A DNA stretch of 64,000 nt, from assembly GCF_009914755.1 (NCBI RefSeq), contig NC_060926.1; one strand, given 5' to 3'. The stretch comes from the human T2T-CHM13v2.0 reference genome, Homo sapiens. The position numbers and the translations under genes were made by a program. Within the stretch, counting starts at the first letter, position 1. Each line of letters starts with the position of its first letter. The notes under the pieces are model-generated. The model did no database searches. It saw only the letters and a list, made by a program, of their open reading frames with translations, and was not told the DNA's origin. Shown here piece after piece: positions 14,852 to 33,228 of the stretch.

Positions 14852-15225
14852 TAATATGGTTTGGCTCTGTGTCCCCACCCAAATCTTATCTTGTAGCTCC
14901 CATAATTCCCACATATTGTGGGAGGGACCCAGTGGGAGAGAACTGAATCATGGGCGTGGGTCTTTCCTGTGCTGTCCTCATGATAGTGAATAAGTTTCAC
15001 AAGATCTGATGGTTTAAAAAAAAATGGGAGTTTCCCTGCACAAGCTCTCTCTCTCTTTGTCTGCTGCCATCCACATAAGATGTGACTTGCTCCTCCTTGC
15101 CTTCCACCATGATTGTGAGGCCTCCCCAGCCATGTGGAACTGTAAGTCCAATAAACCTCTTTTTTGTGTGTGAATTTCCCAGTCTCCGGTAGGTTTTTAT
15201 CAGCAGTGTGAAAATGGACTAGCCA
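14852..15225 (+). mobile_element. THE1 solo LTR (THE1B/C-like)
   Basis: 'atatggtttggctctgtgtccccacccaaatct...ccatgattgtgaggcctccccagccatgtggaactgtaagtccaataaacctc'. Confidence 0.93.
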
Positions 15226-16501
15226 CATAGTTGCTAAAAGCCATTCCAAGTCCTTCCAAAAGTCTGTGATTCTTAACTAATTTCACGTGTGCAACTGATG
15301 TTGTATTTTATTACCTCAATTTTACAGAAAAGAAAACTGTGATTTGGAAGTGTTAAAATACCTTTGTTTACTTTCCCTCTTCATCTGCCTGGTTGATATT
15401 TGAAAACAAAACTCAGCCTTGGCATGACAGGAGGGAGGAAGGGAATGTGTTCCCATTTGGTTTGTAGATTTGTGACTGTTTTCATAATGTGAAGTTAGTT
15501 CACACTAGGCAGGTGAACCAAGTTTTCACACGTTGTCCTTTGCCTTTCTTATGCCTGTGATGTTGAGGTTTTAGTGGAAGTCACTCTTCAGCAAGTGGAA
15601 GAAATGCCTGCTATAAAACAGCTTTTATTCATTTGGTCACCAGAAAGGAAGAATACTTACTAATATTCCAGTGGAAACTTACAAAATATTAAATGATAAC
15701 AGTGATGGCTGCAAAGAGAAATCTTGTTGGTCTCAGCATCACATTTATGATTATAGAGGATTCTTTAGGATTTTATAGAAAAAATATTTAAACTAAAGTC
15801 TATTTTTAAATATCTGATTCTAATTTTTATAAAATAGAAATTTGTTCATTGCTCATGCTCTTCAAACATTTGGACCATGTAAGAAAGTGGTTGTAATACT
15901 GGTCAAGTGTCCTGCCATCAGCTGAAGCACAATCAGAGATCAAGCCTGAATTCCTCCACGACCATGTCCATTTAATTGTGCTGTGACATCCACTTAAATA
16001 GTCACATCGATGGAAAACCTTTAACATCATGCAAGTGAAATGTTACCTTGAAGAAAATTCCTGACATTTGTTTCATTTGGTTTGCTAGTGTCATTTCTCT
16101 TGAAAGACTTACTCATTTACCCTACACCTTTTCAAAATGGATCAAGTGGTTCAAACAGTGAAAAACAAACTGTTAACAAAGACTGAAAAACTCAAACCCA
16201 TGCAAATGAATCAGTAACACATATGTTAGCCAAGAGGGCAAAACCATTTATTGTAATTAAACATTTATTTTTGTCCCGGGATTTCTGGTATCCAGGGCAA
16301 AAATGGTGGCATAAGAGGTGACAAAATTCTTATCTACTTGTATAAAGCATGCCAGTTCTTCAGGAAGGACAGCCTTTTTTCTAGTAATAAATTTAAAAAG
16401 GAATCTATGGTATTGGTGTGACTCAGGCTGATAATGGTCCTCTAAACAAAATTTTAAAATCTTTAAATGAGATTAAATACATTTTAGAAGTTCATGTTTT
16501 C

Positions 16502-16935
16502 TGCGTTAATCAGAACAGACTGAGTCTTGCTGTGGTAACAGATCTTCAAATCTCAGTGGCTCAACCCCGGAAATTTTTATTTGTTGCTCACGTCATAGCG
16601 TGATGCTGGTAACATGAATTTCCTGGGTCACTGTCATTTAAATAGAAACTCGGGGATCTGTTCTCCTTCCACCTTGTAACTCTAATTCTGCCAACTGGTA
16701 ATCCGTCTTTTCCAGCATACAGATAAGGGAGAGAGAGGATGAGGGGGTGGGGAGGATTGCACGAGACACTTTAGAGACCAGGCCTGGAAGAGAGACATGT
16801 TATTTCTACCCACATACCATTGGCCAGAATGCAATCGCATCCCTCTAATATTGTCCACAAGGGCAATGGGAATATATGGTATTCCTCTGTTCCTGGAAGG
16901 AAGAAAGGGGATGAATGGGCATCTGGGCAACTTCT
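16502..16935 (-). mobile_element. Old MaLR LTR (MLT1K/L-like)
   Basis: 'tgctgtggtaaca...aaatctcagtggctcaa', 'cccacataccattggccagaa'. Confidence 0.7.
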
Positions 16936-18272
16936 GCCGTGTCTAGTATTCACCTTAGAGCTTTCCCTCCTCTCATCTTTAACTCTGTTTCAAAACACTT
17001 TGGTCCCTGAGGGTTCCCTGGGACAAGGAATTATGTCCACCAATTATACAAATACAAAGTAAAATTATATTAGTATAATTTATAATGAAAAAATTTCTTT
17101 GTACCAGTCAACTGAATACTAAATATTGGGGCAATTTTTGAGCATGTTTCTATAAGTGATGAACCTTTATGAACTTAAAATGAGTCTATATATATATATA
17201 TATATTCAATAAAATGAAATGACTGTTCTCTTCGTCATCATCTGGAGCAGCTCTGATTTTAATTGATTCTATATTGGAGGGCCCAGGTAAGATTCTTTCA
17301 TGTAAGAATTCCTCTTCTGAAAAAAAGGTTTGAGAAGCGTCGGATTCACATAGCATGCTCCCTTGGCTCAGGCGAAAGTACCCTCAAGGATCAGAACCAT
17401 CTTCCACTAAAGCCGGGAGCTAGACAGGATATTTTCACAAAATCCAAAGAGAGAGCGTCATGGACCTCAGGGAGGAGCAAACCTATTACAGAAAAGGGAG
17501 CTTTTTCATCACATCTGTATTATTCTTCGTTTGAGCCCTGAGTCAGCACCAACTGAAGCTTCAGTTGACCTGAAACACTGTGCTCGGCGGAGTTTTGGAA
17601 AATTAATCAGCTTACATTCAAGAACACTTACATCCCTACACGTTCATTTTATAACGTTTCACACCCATACATTTGGCTTTGAGGTCTGCTTCATTCAGAT
17701 ACATATTGGAAAGCCCTGAATTCCTATCACAGCCAGGATTTTCTTCAGCTCCAGGGATTTGTTTGGTTTTGTGCCATTTTATCCCGAGTTTTATTCCTTC
17801 CATCTGATTCAAATGTTTTATTACCCACTCATCGTTGTTCTGAACGGGGGAAAAAAGAGAAAAGAAGCTGCAAAACTGCACCTCTCTTAAAACAGGAAAA
17901 CGTTCTGGTTTGAATTTCCTGTCAGATTTTGGGCAGGTTAGTTGGCAACTGGTGATTTGGACACATTTCAGATTTCTGAGTACATTTCACAGAGAGCTTT
18001 ATTGGCTCCCTCTGGACCCCCGTTAGAGAACAGCGAGATGCAGGGCTCAGCTTAATCACCATGCTTTCATTAGCCAGCTGCTCTGTGCACATCACCAAGT
18101 GCGTGATCTTCATCATCACACGCTTTTTACTCTATCTGCGAGCTTGGAAAAGGGACTCATCACCATCAGCATTTTACAGTTGCGGGGAAATGGAGCTTGT
18201 GAAGAAAGCCTGATTGTCAAATGCAGTCCCCGTGATGTCAGCTACTACCTTTCTGCTGTTGTCCTAAGAAGC

Positions 18273-18552
18273 TTTTTAAAGAGAAGATTTTTAGATATAC
18301 AAAAAGGTTACAAAGATAGTGGAGAGAGTTTCTGTATACCCGACTCCCAGTTTATCGTGTTGTTAACATCTTACACCACTATGGTCCATTTTTCACTTTA
18401 ATGAACCCATATTGACACATTATGATTATCTAAAGTTCATACTTTATCGGGAGTTCCTTAGTTGTGACTAATGTTCTTTTCTGTTCCAGGACATCTGATC
18501 CTGGGCCCCACATTACATTTAGTTCTGATATCTCCTTTCCTTAGTCTCTTCT
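18273..18552 (-). mobile_element. L1MC-type 3' end fragment
   Basis: 'caaagatagtggagagagtttctgtataccc', 'gttaacatcttaca', 'ttttctgttccagga...cacattacatttagtt'. Confidence 0.75.
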
Positions 18553-19365
18553 GCCACTGTACTTTTGCTTTGGTGTGTGTGCGTGCACGTGTGTGTGTGT
18601 GTTTGTACTAGCTTGTGATGTAATATGCAGGTCTTGGCCTGCCAAATGGAAAGCCAGTGGTATACAGCAAATTATAGTTAACCACTCATTAAGTTGGTAG
18701 CCATAATTGAAAAGAGAATATTAAGGAATATGCTAAATATTAGAAGTATTTTGGATGCTAGTTTGTTACAATTAAAAAATGGAGAGGAGACAGTTATATT
18801 TACAGAAAACTAAACAGCAAATAGAAGATATCCTAGAGATGCAGAGAATTCAGGCCTAAATACCATTCATTCAGATCTATAGAGACCTATAGGGTTCCCA
18901 AAGCAAGCACTAATGTGTTTCTTCTAGTGATTGTTCATTTCTTTCAGGAATGCTGTTTGTCTTTTGTGACTCATAGCAGCCACTTTTACTGATTTTTTTT
19001 TTTTTTGGAATGTCAGATGTAGTGAGCTGCCTGGGCTAAAAAGAGTTTGGTACGCAGATTTGGGCTTCATTGGCTGTTTCCCATGGGAAAGTTAGTTGAT
19101 TAGATTAAAGATGAAAGACTGTCCCAGTCAGCTGTTTAGGCCATACACAGATGGAAGGAATCGGGGAAGGCAGGGTGTACACATTTGCCATGATACTCAG
19201 CCCAGATAATTTAATATGAATTTCCCCCCTTTGTTGGTGAGGGGTTGGGAGTGATAAGGTCGAAGGCGTAAGAAATCTTAAAGTATTTGTTAGTGCCGAT
19301 GGTGTAACCTCTAATTCAACAAAGTACTGCACATAGGGTGTCCTTGTAGGCTTTGGGAAAATTTT

Positions 19366-19456
19366 AGAAGAGAAGGAAAGAGAGAGAGAGAGAGAAGAAA
19401 GAAGCAAAAAGAGAAGAGAGAGTGAGGGGAGAGAGAAAGAGAGAGAAAGAGAAAGG
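19366..19456. repeat. GA-rich polypurine/polypyrimidine tract
   Basis: ~90 bp almost entirely A/G on the + strand. Confidence 0.9.
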
Positions 19457-20139
19457 ATTAAATGTTTCTGGCATGCTGAGAATGAAATCCCTATGGGGTA
19501 GACAGAATTTGACTGAGATAAGCCATCTTTTATGTTTCAAGCAAAAGTGAACAGAGTCCATACACTAAGCAGGTGTCAGTAGAAAGGAATTAGGTCTGTG
19601 TTTTAATTTTAAAAATTAATTTCCTCACCTTAGAATCCAACGGTGGAAGGAATTTTCAAACACTTTACATCTTTCTGCTTGCTTCCAAGCAGGCAACTCA
19701 GTCACACCCAGCTGTTCCTTTTTACTCACTGTCTTCTTGATTTCCTAGGTCTTTTTCATTTTTGCAATTAAAATGACACGATCACTTGGATAGATTAGTT
19801 GAAAAAATTAAAACAGGACAATGGCCATTCTAAATTGTACAATTGCTTGATTAAACATTGATTGAATAGTTTGTGGCTTATTCAGTTCATTCATATTTAT
19901 TCTCCCTGACTTTCTTCCCTGCCAACTTTTGACTATCTTACTGATTTATGAAAGTAGAGAGGGAAAAAGAAGAAAACAGGTGAAATCATTCTGCTATTTG
20001 CTAAGTGATCTGGTAACTTTGGGGTAGGCAATGGTATTGAAAAGGTAGAATGATACATTTGTATTCATTCTTTCTCAAAATCATGAGAAGATTATTTCTA
20101 ATTTGGGGATATCTGCCACCTCCTCCCCCAAGTGATAAT

Positions 20140-20141
<2 letters not shown>

Positions 20142-20180
<39 letters not shown>

Positions 20181-20203
20181 AACACACACACACACACACA
20201 CAC
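20142..20203. repeat. Interrupted (CA)n microsatellite
   Basis: Read directly; 'aaacaaa' interruption. Confidence 0.97.
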
Positions 20204-20504
20204 TCCTCAAATCTTCAGGTGGAACAGACTTGGCCCTACTATCTCAGCACCTCTTTGGCTTTTCATATTTACTTTCAGTTTATAAAGACACATGTGCTGT
20301 TTCCAATCTGCTTAGGGTTGGTGTTTCTGTTGGGAAAGTAAATGGCAAAAGGACCACATGACTGCCAAGGGTAAACACTGCTGAAGGCCACAGCTGCTGC
20401 TTAAGGGGGAAGGCGTGGGCTGGCTGGAAAGTTAAGGCAACATGAGGAGGAGAGGTTAGAGATGGGGTGAGAGAAGAAAGACCTGCCCCTCTCCACCTGC
20501 CTCT

Positions 20505-21094
20505 GCTCATTTCCTTCAGGAAACAGACACCAAGATGGAATTAGGAATGCAAAACGTTGACTAGGGGGTGATGCCTGTGAAGGATAAAGGGAGAGGGAGC
20601 AGGAACAGGTGGGACAAGTCTCAGACCATGATGCAAGTCTCACATCTGTAAAGGGAGAGCAGGAAGGAAGAAGAATCGGGCAGGTAGAGTTTCAGCCTGC
20701 AGGGCAGCTCTGAGAAAGTCTTGGCTAGGCTGATAGGGACATCCGAAGCAACAGTTTCCCAGTAGGGCAGGCATGCCCAGCCCTAGCAGACTCCTACCTC
20801 TGTCCCCTCTCCCCATGCTCAATCATTGGCTAGGAGCAGCTCTGGAGAAGCGTGGCCCTGGTATGGATGCTGTAATGGATCCCACAGCTGTGACAGCTGT
20901 AGGGTGGCAGATAACTACACTTCTCACTAAATATTATCTTTTTAAAAGTTGTTTATAGTTTTAAATTTATTGTTTATGTTTAAGGTGTACAACATGATAT
21001 TTTGATATGCATATACACACTGAAATGATCACTACAGTCGAGCAGATTCTCTCTTAAAGGGAGATCTGAGCAGCACCTCCTCATGGATGCCACA
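20505..21094 (-). mobile_element. ERVL solo LTR (LTR16A-like) interrupted by a short L1MA 3' end (~20932-21040)
   Basis: 'gcctgtgaaggataaagggagagggagcagga', 'tgctcaatcattggctaggagcag', ends 'gagatctgagcagcacctcctcatggatgccaca'; insert 'tttaaggtgtacaacatgatattttgatat'. Confidence 0.75.
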
Positions 21095-22330
21095 CCCATG
21101 AGTCTTATTATAATAGTAACGACACTTACAAAAGGCAAGAGAGGGCAGCATGCCTGGTCACATTGCTACCATTTACCCTCACATCGTATTGATCACAAGA
21201 GCCACAAAACTGAGTTATAGTTTCCTTTTAGCTCTTAAAATCCTAAGGCACCTTGCAAAAGTTAGCCTGACCCAGTTTAGTTTCTTCTAGCTGTCACATG
21301 TGGTCCAAAAACCATCTAGAACGATTTGCAGCATGCTGACTCAACTTGTCGGAGCCGGAAGCCCCTTGGCAGACACGAGAACTATCTCATCTCTCAGATC
21401 TGTGTGGAAAGGGAAATTGATTCACTGTTTTCATTCCTTTTTCTTTTTCTGAGGTTGCTTCTAAGTGCTGGAGGGTGTTGGCTTTTCTATGACTCAGAAG
21501 TATAAATCTTTTCCTAAGGTGAAAGATTAATTTTCAGAATGGAGGAAAAAATCCTTCCTAGTTTTATACTTTAAGTATGAGAATTGGTTACACAGGGGCA
21601 GTTGATCCAGAATGTTACGTTGAAGGGGGGAGATAGGAGCATGACTGAACTATAAACCAAAAGGGGGTTTCTAAACACCTCTCCGCAGGTAAATTCAGCT
21701 TTGGAAAGAGCTTTTCAAAATCATGAGGCTATGATAGTTCAATTTAGCCTATCATAAAAATCATCTGCTTATTTACTTTGACCAACACATTCATATCCCC
21801 TCCTTGTTTTCTGCCTCTCTGAGTCCAGAGAATGAAATTATCTTCATGTGAGTAATAAATTGGAGACTGACAAGTCAAAGACACAAAGGGACATGAAATT
21901 CCACCTGTGGATTAACAATTGGCCTCTCCCAGAGTTTAAACTTTTCCAGATGCAAATTCCAGAGTGGGATGAGATATTCCACAGTCGACATTTGGGACAA
22001 TAGCACTTGTAGACACTCAGGGAATAAACATTATGTAGTTGATGCAGTCAGGTCTATTTCATTTCAGTAAGGAAGGTGGCCAAGCTTCCATGGTGAAGGG
22101 TGGTGAAAGTGGGTGTTGTGAAGATTGAAAACTATTCAGTTTTGCTGAAGACAGATTCTGTGTTTTAGATTTCCTGCTGTCTCACTAAGCTTTCCTGAGC
22201 TTCCTGGGGTCGGGGGCAGGGCAGAAAGCCTGTCAATAGAAAAGGAGACAGGACTTGTTAAGTTTATTTCAAACCCATTGCTTCACTTCTCATAAGCTAT
22301 TTTCTACCCCTATTTTTTAAGATCAAGGTA

Positions 22331-22632
22331 CAGTCATGCAGGGAATTTGTTCCAAGGCTCCAGAAGATCCCAAAATCCTGGGATGCTTAAGTCCCTGGTA
22401 GAAAATGGCATAATATTTGCATACAACCTATGTACATCCTCCCACATATTTAAAATCATCTCTAGATTACTAATAATACCTAATACCATGTAAATGCTAT
22501 GTAAATGGTTGTTGTAGTATATTGTTTTTGATTTGTGTTATTTTTTATTTTCCTCTCCTCCCCACACATATTTCTATGAACAGTTGATTGAATCGGCAGA
22601 TGGGGAACCACTGATATTGAGGGCCTTGGGTA
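22331..22632. mobile_element. MER2 (TcMar-Tigger non-autonomous DNA transposon)
   Basis: 'aaaatggcataatatttgcatacaacctatgtacatcctccc...aaatcatctctagattactaataatacctaatac'; TA at the ends. Confidence 0.88.
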
Positions 22633-22667
22633 TATGGTCCTATCCTTTGTTCGTCACTGATTCATTC

Positions 22668-22973
22668 TTTTGGTTTTGTTTTGTTTTTTTGAGACAGAAT
22701 CTTGCTGTGTTACCCAGGCTGGAGTAGAGTGGTGCAATCATAGCTCATTACCGCCTTGACCTCCTGGGCTCAAGTGATGGCATCCACCTCAGCCTCCTGA
22801 GTAGCTAGGACTATAGCTACCACACCTGGCTAATTAAAAAAAATTTTTTTTTTGTAGAGATGGGGGTCTTGCTATGTTGCCCAGACTAGTAAAAAACTCC
22901 TGGCCTTGAGCGATCCTCCTGCCTCAGTCTCCCACAATGCTAGGATTACACGTGTGAGTCACAGTGTCTGACC
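22668..22973 (-). mobile_element. AluJ, full length
   Basis: 'catagctca...gacctcctgggctcaagtgat', 'gtcttgctatgttgcccag'; TSD 'ctgatt(t)cattctt'. Confidence 0.92.
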
Positions 22974-23464
22974 TGATTTCATTCTTAGTGATTGCATGGT
23001 GGATATCATGGCTTACAGTGGTTTTCATTTTTTTTTTTTAAGTAGTGGAGCTCTTGCTTCATAGAAATATAAAAGATAGAAAAGTGAGGATGGAGAGTCT
23101 GACTCTCTGTCTTGCCAGTTTCTGCTTTAGGCATCTCCACAGACACCCAAGACTTTATGGGACATAGCTTGAAAGTTACTCTTAAAGTGAAAAAAGGTGT
23201 TGAATGTGAGTTTAGGCCTAGAACATAGAGTCTAGTTCTAGTTCTATTATTATTTAGTTTTTGTAACCTTGTGTACATAACAATAGCAATAACGGTAGTA
23301 ATAGAGTACCCTGTAAATGCTTATGGTTATAAGAAAGGTTGTTATAATTAGTAACTAGATATGGGGTCACAGAACTGGTTTGGTGACTCACCAGCTAAGT
23401 GAGCCTGAGCAAGTCATTTATAAGGGAGTTACTTTTTAAATTGTGACATGAGAAGGTTGGACTT

Positions 23465-24062
23465 GCTTCCCTCCAATCCGTTCTCCACTCTCTATCCAGA
23501 GTGATCTTTCTGAAATGTGAATCCGATCCATGTCCCTCCTTTGCATCCACCTGTTCGTTGGCTCCGCATGATGTCTAGGATAAAGCCTCCCTCTTTAGCA
23601 TGACATATGGTTGTCCTTGCTCACCTTTCTTGAGTGGCATTTTCTTTACTCTTTCCCTGCCCCCACCATACACACCGTATGCTTGGATGCATACTCACTG
23701 AATAATGTGAAGCTGCTGTATGTGTTATGCTCTCTCTCACCTCTACATCTTTGCTCATGCTGTTCCTTATAACTGGAACAGACTTTTTCCTCCCTGTCTT
23801 CTTTTCGCCTATCAGTTTCTTTCTCATCCAAACTGGATGTCACCCTCCAGAATGCTTTCTTTGATCCCCCCAAACTGACTTAAATGCTTCCTGTATGTTT
23901 CCCTTTAGCCTGTATGTTGTGTTGCATTAATAATTCCTGTCCTGTTCGGGTTTGCCCCAGTTGGCTGTAAGAAACTAGAAACTGTGCTTTAGTCATTGTC
24001 ATATCCTGAGGCCTTAACACAAGCCCCCCTATAATGGATTCAAATATTTGTTAAATGAATTA
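23465..24062 (+). mobile_element. L2 3' region
   Basis: 'ccagagtgatctttctgaaatgtgaatccgat', 'tctttgctcatgctgttcct', tail 'aaatatttgttaaatgaat'. Confidence 0.75.
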
Positions 24063-24252
24063 AAGATTATTTGATTCTTCTCTGAATCTCAGCTTCCTCA
24101 TTCCTTATATGAAACTAATATGTATCTCCCAGATTGTGATGAGGATTACAGGCACAAGATACGAGAAAAAGCTTGCTGACAGAAATCACTATACCTGTAT
24201 AAGATAGGAGGGGAGGGCTTGCCTTACTTTTTGGTCTGTAGTTTCCTCTATA

Positions 24253-24500
24253 CAAGTGTTTGGTGAACTGTGACCTACAGGCCAAATCTAGACCACCTCC
24301 TGTTTTTGTACCACCCATGAGTTAAGAATGGCTTTTAGATTTTTAGGTAGTTGGATACAATCAAATGTACAAATGCAGATTGTATGAAATTCAAATTTCA
24401 GTGGCCATAGATTTAGTGAGTAAGGATTAGTCATGCTCATTTTTTCGGTTATGGCTACTTTCGTATTACAGTGGCAGAGCTGAGTACCTGTGACAGGCTT
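24253..24500. mobile_element. MER58B-like hAT-Charlie element
   Basis: 'ggccaaatctagaccacctcctgtttttgta...tatgaaattcaaatttcagtg...acagtggcagagctgagta'. Confidence 0.8.
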
Positions 24501-26562
24501 TCTTACTCTAAACCAAAACTTCTTCTCTCCCCTCACTGTCCAACCCCTGCTTTGGGCCTTGGTTCTGCTTTGATTTCTAAGCCTTAGGAACACTTGATAA
24601 TTTCTCACGCACCTAGAAAGAACCAGTAACTTCTTATTTATGCTAAAACAACCATATGGGTATATACACAGAACGTAGGATACTTCTCCAAAGATATTTT
24701 GTATTTGGGCACGTATAATATGATGAATTTAGGAACAAAATTACTGGGTTCTCCTGCAAACTATCTCATTACGCAGGTTATTTGTTAAAGGAAGGGCTCC
24801 TTATGGTTTTCTCTGATGAATATTTGAGTGTGAAATTTGTTCAGATGGGTATGAATTTTTTCTCTGCATAAGGCTTTTTATTTCTTTTTTAAAAAATAAT
24901 TAATGGAAAGAAGCTAAAAGCAAAAGCCGTTCTCATTTTAAAAATGAGGTGTTGAAAGCATTAACATTAGAATAGATTCAGTTACAGAGTTGGAAGTGAA
25001 GAAAGAGAGAAAGAGAGAGAGGGAGTGAGAGAGAGAGAGAAGCTAAGAAGTGTAATGGTCATCTAATGAGAAGATGGGCCAGCTAGAAATACTGTTAGGA
25101 AGCTGTGCGGAGAATAGCTCAGGGGTCAGCATAGCTCTGTAAGGGAGAGGCCCAAGGACATTTTTGTGGTAGTTTAATTGCTTCCTGCAGAATCCCTGTA
25201 ACTGTTTGGCATCTGAACTTCTCCTGTTCTGTCTTCGCTGTCTGTGTGGTATAGCTGGGATTGTACGTGAAAGAAAACTTAATACACCCTATCTACACAG
25301 AGGAACATGGTGTCCCATCTCCCAGAAAAGAACCCAATGACCACTTGGACCCTAAGCTGCATTCCTGAGCTTCTCTGAGGATATAGTAAACAAGTTGTCA
25401 GGATCCAGAGATTCATGAAGAGAAGCTTCAACATTGTGAAATACTGTTGACATCTTGGTTGCTCTATTTGGCACCAAATCACACTATGAGAGAGAACAAT
25501 GATTTTGACAATGTTATAGACTGGTCTAACCACAAAACCCACCAACTCCTCTCCTCTCCGCCTTCTAAAATTGCTCCAACAAGATATAAAACCCTAACAA
25601 ATGCAGTATTCTAAAATGATGGAAAACCAAATATTAAGGTCAGAGGGGATGGTATAAAGCACATATGTGAGCTTTCCGTCTGACCAAGTTCATAACACAG
25701 GTTCTGTGTATAAATTCACAATTTGAACTGATAAACTGAAGTTATGCTACTCTGAGTTGGTTTTGGAAAAATTACATATACTTACATGTATCTGCTACAA
25801 AGTATTTAATTTTTTAACTCCTTAATTTGAGGGTTTCTCTTTGATTTTGAGGGTATGCTTAACCCACCTTGAATATTTCTAGTATTCCCCCACCTTTTTT
25901 TTTCCTTTTTGCAATGCTTTTAAAAATAAGTTTACATTATATCAACTAGAAACATGTGCTTCAATTTCATCTGCCTTGGTACTTCTCCTTACGTAGAACA
26001 TAGTAAATTTTTGGTGCCAATAAACATTTTCCTTTTAGGGAAAGGGACTAGATTTGTGGTGCAGAATCCCATTAACCTATATTGAAACCAAGTATCTGGG
26101 AAATGCTTCTTATGTACTGTATCTGTTCACTGGAAGAATGTCTTTGTTTTATGTGTCCAGTTACAATTTAGTTCATAATAAAATGATATTTTTCCAGATA
26201 TCAGCTTGCCAGAACCCATTGTTTTCTTTTTGCTAATGTAAACTAAGTAGATGTAGTTGACTGATTATTAACCAGCAGTTTTCAGATGTTGCTTCTTTTC
26301 CCTCCTAAATGAATCCCTATCTAAACGAGAAATGGGCAACAATTTTTCTATTGAAACCCAGAAAACCATAGAGGAAATATCAAATAAGAACACCCCCCTC
26401 TGAAAAATCAAGACAATAAAGAAAAAACTAGAAACTAGTTTATTAATGCATTTTTAATGTAAACACACAGAAATATACAAAAAAATAGCAAGCATCCATA
26501 TTTTCAGTTCCCAGTATTAAATATTTACCTTGATATATTCTTATGCTTAAAAAAAAATACTA

Positions 26563-26690
26563 GGCTGGGTGCCGTAGCTTACTTCTGTAATCCCAGTGCT
26601 TTGGAAGGCTGAAGCAGGAGGATTGCTTGAAGGCCAGGGGTTCTAGACCAGCCTAGGCAGCATAGCAAGACCCCATATCTGCAAAATAAT
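26563..26690 (+). mobile_element. FLAM / free left Alu monomer
   Basis: 'ggctgggtgccgtagct...gagga ttgcttga...gaccagcctaggcagcatagcaagacccc', no right arm. Confidence 0.85.
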
Positions 26691-26829
26691 CTATTATTTT
26701 TGTGGAAACATGTGCTTATTATAACAAATTCAAAAGACAAAAAAAATTGCTCTGAATCCTACTGCTTAGAAAAAATTCACTGTTACCATGAGAGGAACAT
26801 GATTTTACAGTCCATCTTTTTATGCATAC

Positions 26830-27279
26830 ATACTGTTTGACTCCTCCAAACCTCAAGTTGAAATTTGGTCCCTGGTGTTGGAGGTGATGCTTAATGGGAG
26901 GTCTTTGGGTCTTGGGGACAGATCCCTCATAAATAGATTAGTGCCCTTCCTGGGAGAGAGTGAGAGAGTTCTCACTCTGTTAGTTCCTACAAGAGCTGGT
27001 TGTTAAAAAAAGCCTGGCTCCTCCCCCCATGCTCTCTTGCTTCCTCCCTCACCATGTCATCTCTGCAAAATTACAATGATTCCCCTTCATCTTCCATCAT
27101 GAGTGGAAGCAGCCTGAGGCCTTTACTAGAAGCAGATGCTGATGCCATTCTTCTTGTATAGTTTGTAGAACCCTGAGCTAAATAAACCTCTGTTCTTTAA
27201 AAATTACCCAGTGTCTTTATATAAAGATATATATATATATATATATTCCTTTATAGCAACACAAAACATTCTAACATAT
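26830..27279 (+). mobile_element. MST solo LTR (MSTB-like) with internal (TA)n
   Basis: 'gttctcactctgttagttcc...agagctggttgttaaaaaaagcctggc', 'catgagtggaagcagcctgaggcc', 'aaataaacctc'. Confidence 0.85.
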
Positions 27280-27443
27280 AACACACACACACACACAGGA
27301 TAATTAGAAACACTTTTATTAAGACGGAGACTTATTACAGAAGACACTTTAATGCAAAAAGTTTAATTTTACTTAAATTTAATAGAAGAAACTGAGAGAA
27401 CTGTTGAGCTCTAAATAAATATTTCCTTAGAATAGACAAGATT

Positions 27444-27757
27444 GGCCAGATGCAGTGGCTCACGCCTGTAATCCCAGCACTTTGGGAGGCCGAAGCAGGT
27501 GGATCAGGAGGTCAGGAGGTCGAGACCAATCTGGCCAACATGGTAAAACCCCATCTCTACTAAAAATACAAAAAAATTAGCCGGGGGTGGTGGCACGAGC
27601 CTGTAGTCCCAGCTACTTGGGAGGCTGACGCAGGAGAATCGCTTGAACCTGGGAGGCAGAGGTTGCCGTGAGCCTAGATCATGTCACTGCACTCCAGCCT
27701 GGGTGACAGAGCAAGACTCGGTCTCAAAGGAAAAAAAAAAAAAAAAAAAAAAGAAAA
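27444..27757 (+). mobile_element. AluSg-like, full length with long A-tail
   Basis: 'ggccagatgcagtggctcacgcctgtaatcccagcactttgggaggccga...', A-tail of more than 20 nt. Confidence 0.95.
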
Positions 27758-27789
27758 GATCTATTATTTCTTGAAAGTTTTCTTTCAGA

Positions 27790-29090
<1,301 letters not shown>

Positions 29091-29366
29091 TGTGTCTTTG
29101 TTTTTTTTTTTGTTTTGTTTTGTTTGCTTTTGATATTTTAATTCTTTTTTAAAAAATACTTTAAGTTCTAGGGTATGTTTGATACATAGGTATCCAACGT
29201 GCAGGTTTGATACATAGGTATTCATGTGCCATGTTGGTTTGCTGCACCCATCAACTTGTTATTTACATTAGGTATTTCTCCTAATGCTATCCCTCCCCCA
29301 GCCCCCTACCCCCAACAGGTCCCAGTGTGCGATGTTCCCCACCCTGTGTCCAAGTGTTCTCATTGT

Positions 29367-33165
<3,799 letters not shown>

Positions 33166-33228
33166 TATGATGTTTGCTGGTTATTTTGCCCATTAATTGA
33201 TGCAGTTTCTTTATAGCATTGATGGTCT

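Noticed and set aside
14746-15249. 167-aa minus-strand ORF
   Set aside because: Antisense reading of the THE1 LTR
21729-21755. 8-bp inverted repeat tatgatag/ctatcata
   Set aside because: Isolated short AT-rich stem, expected by chance in 64 kb
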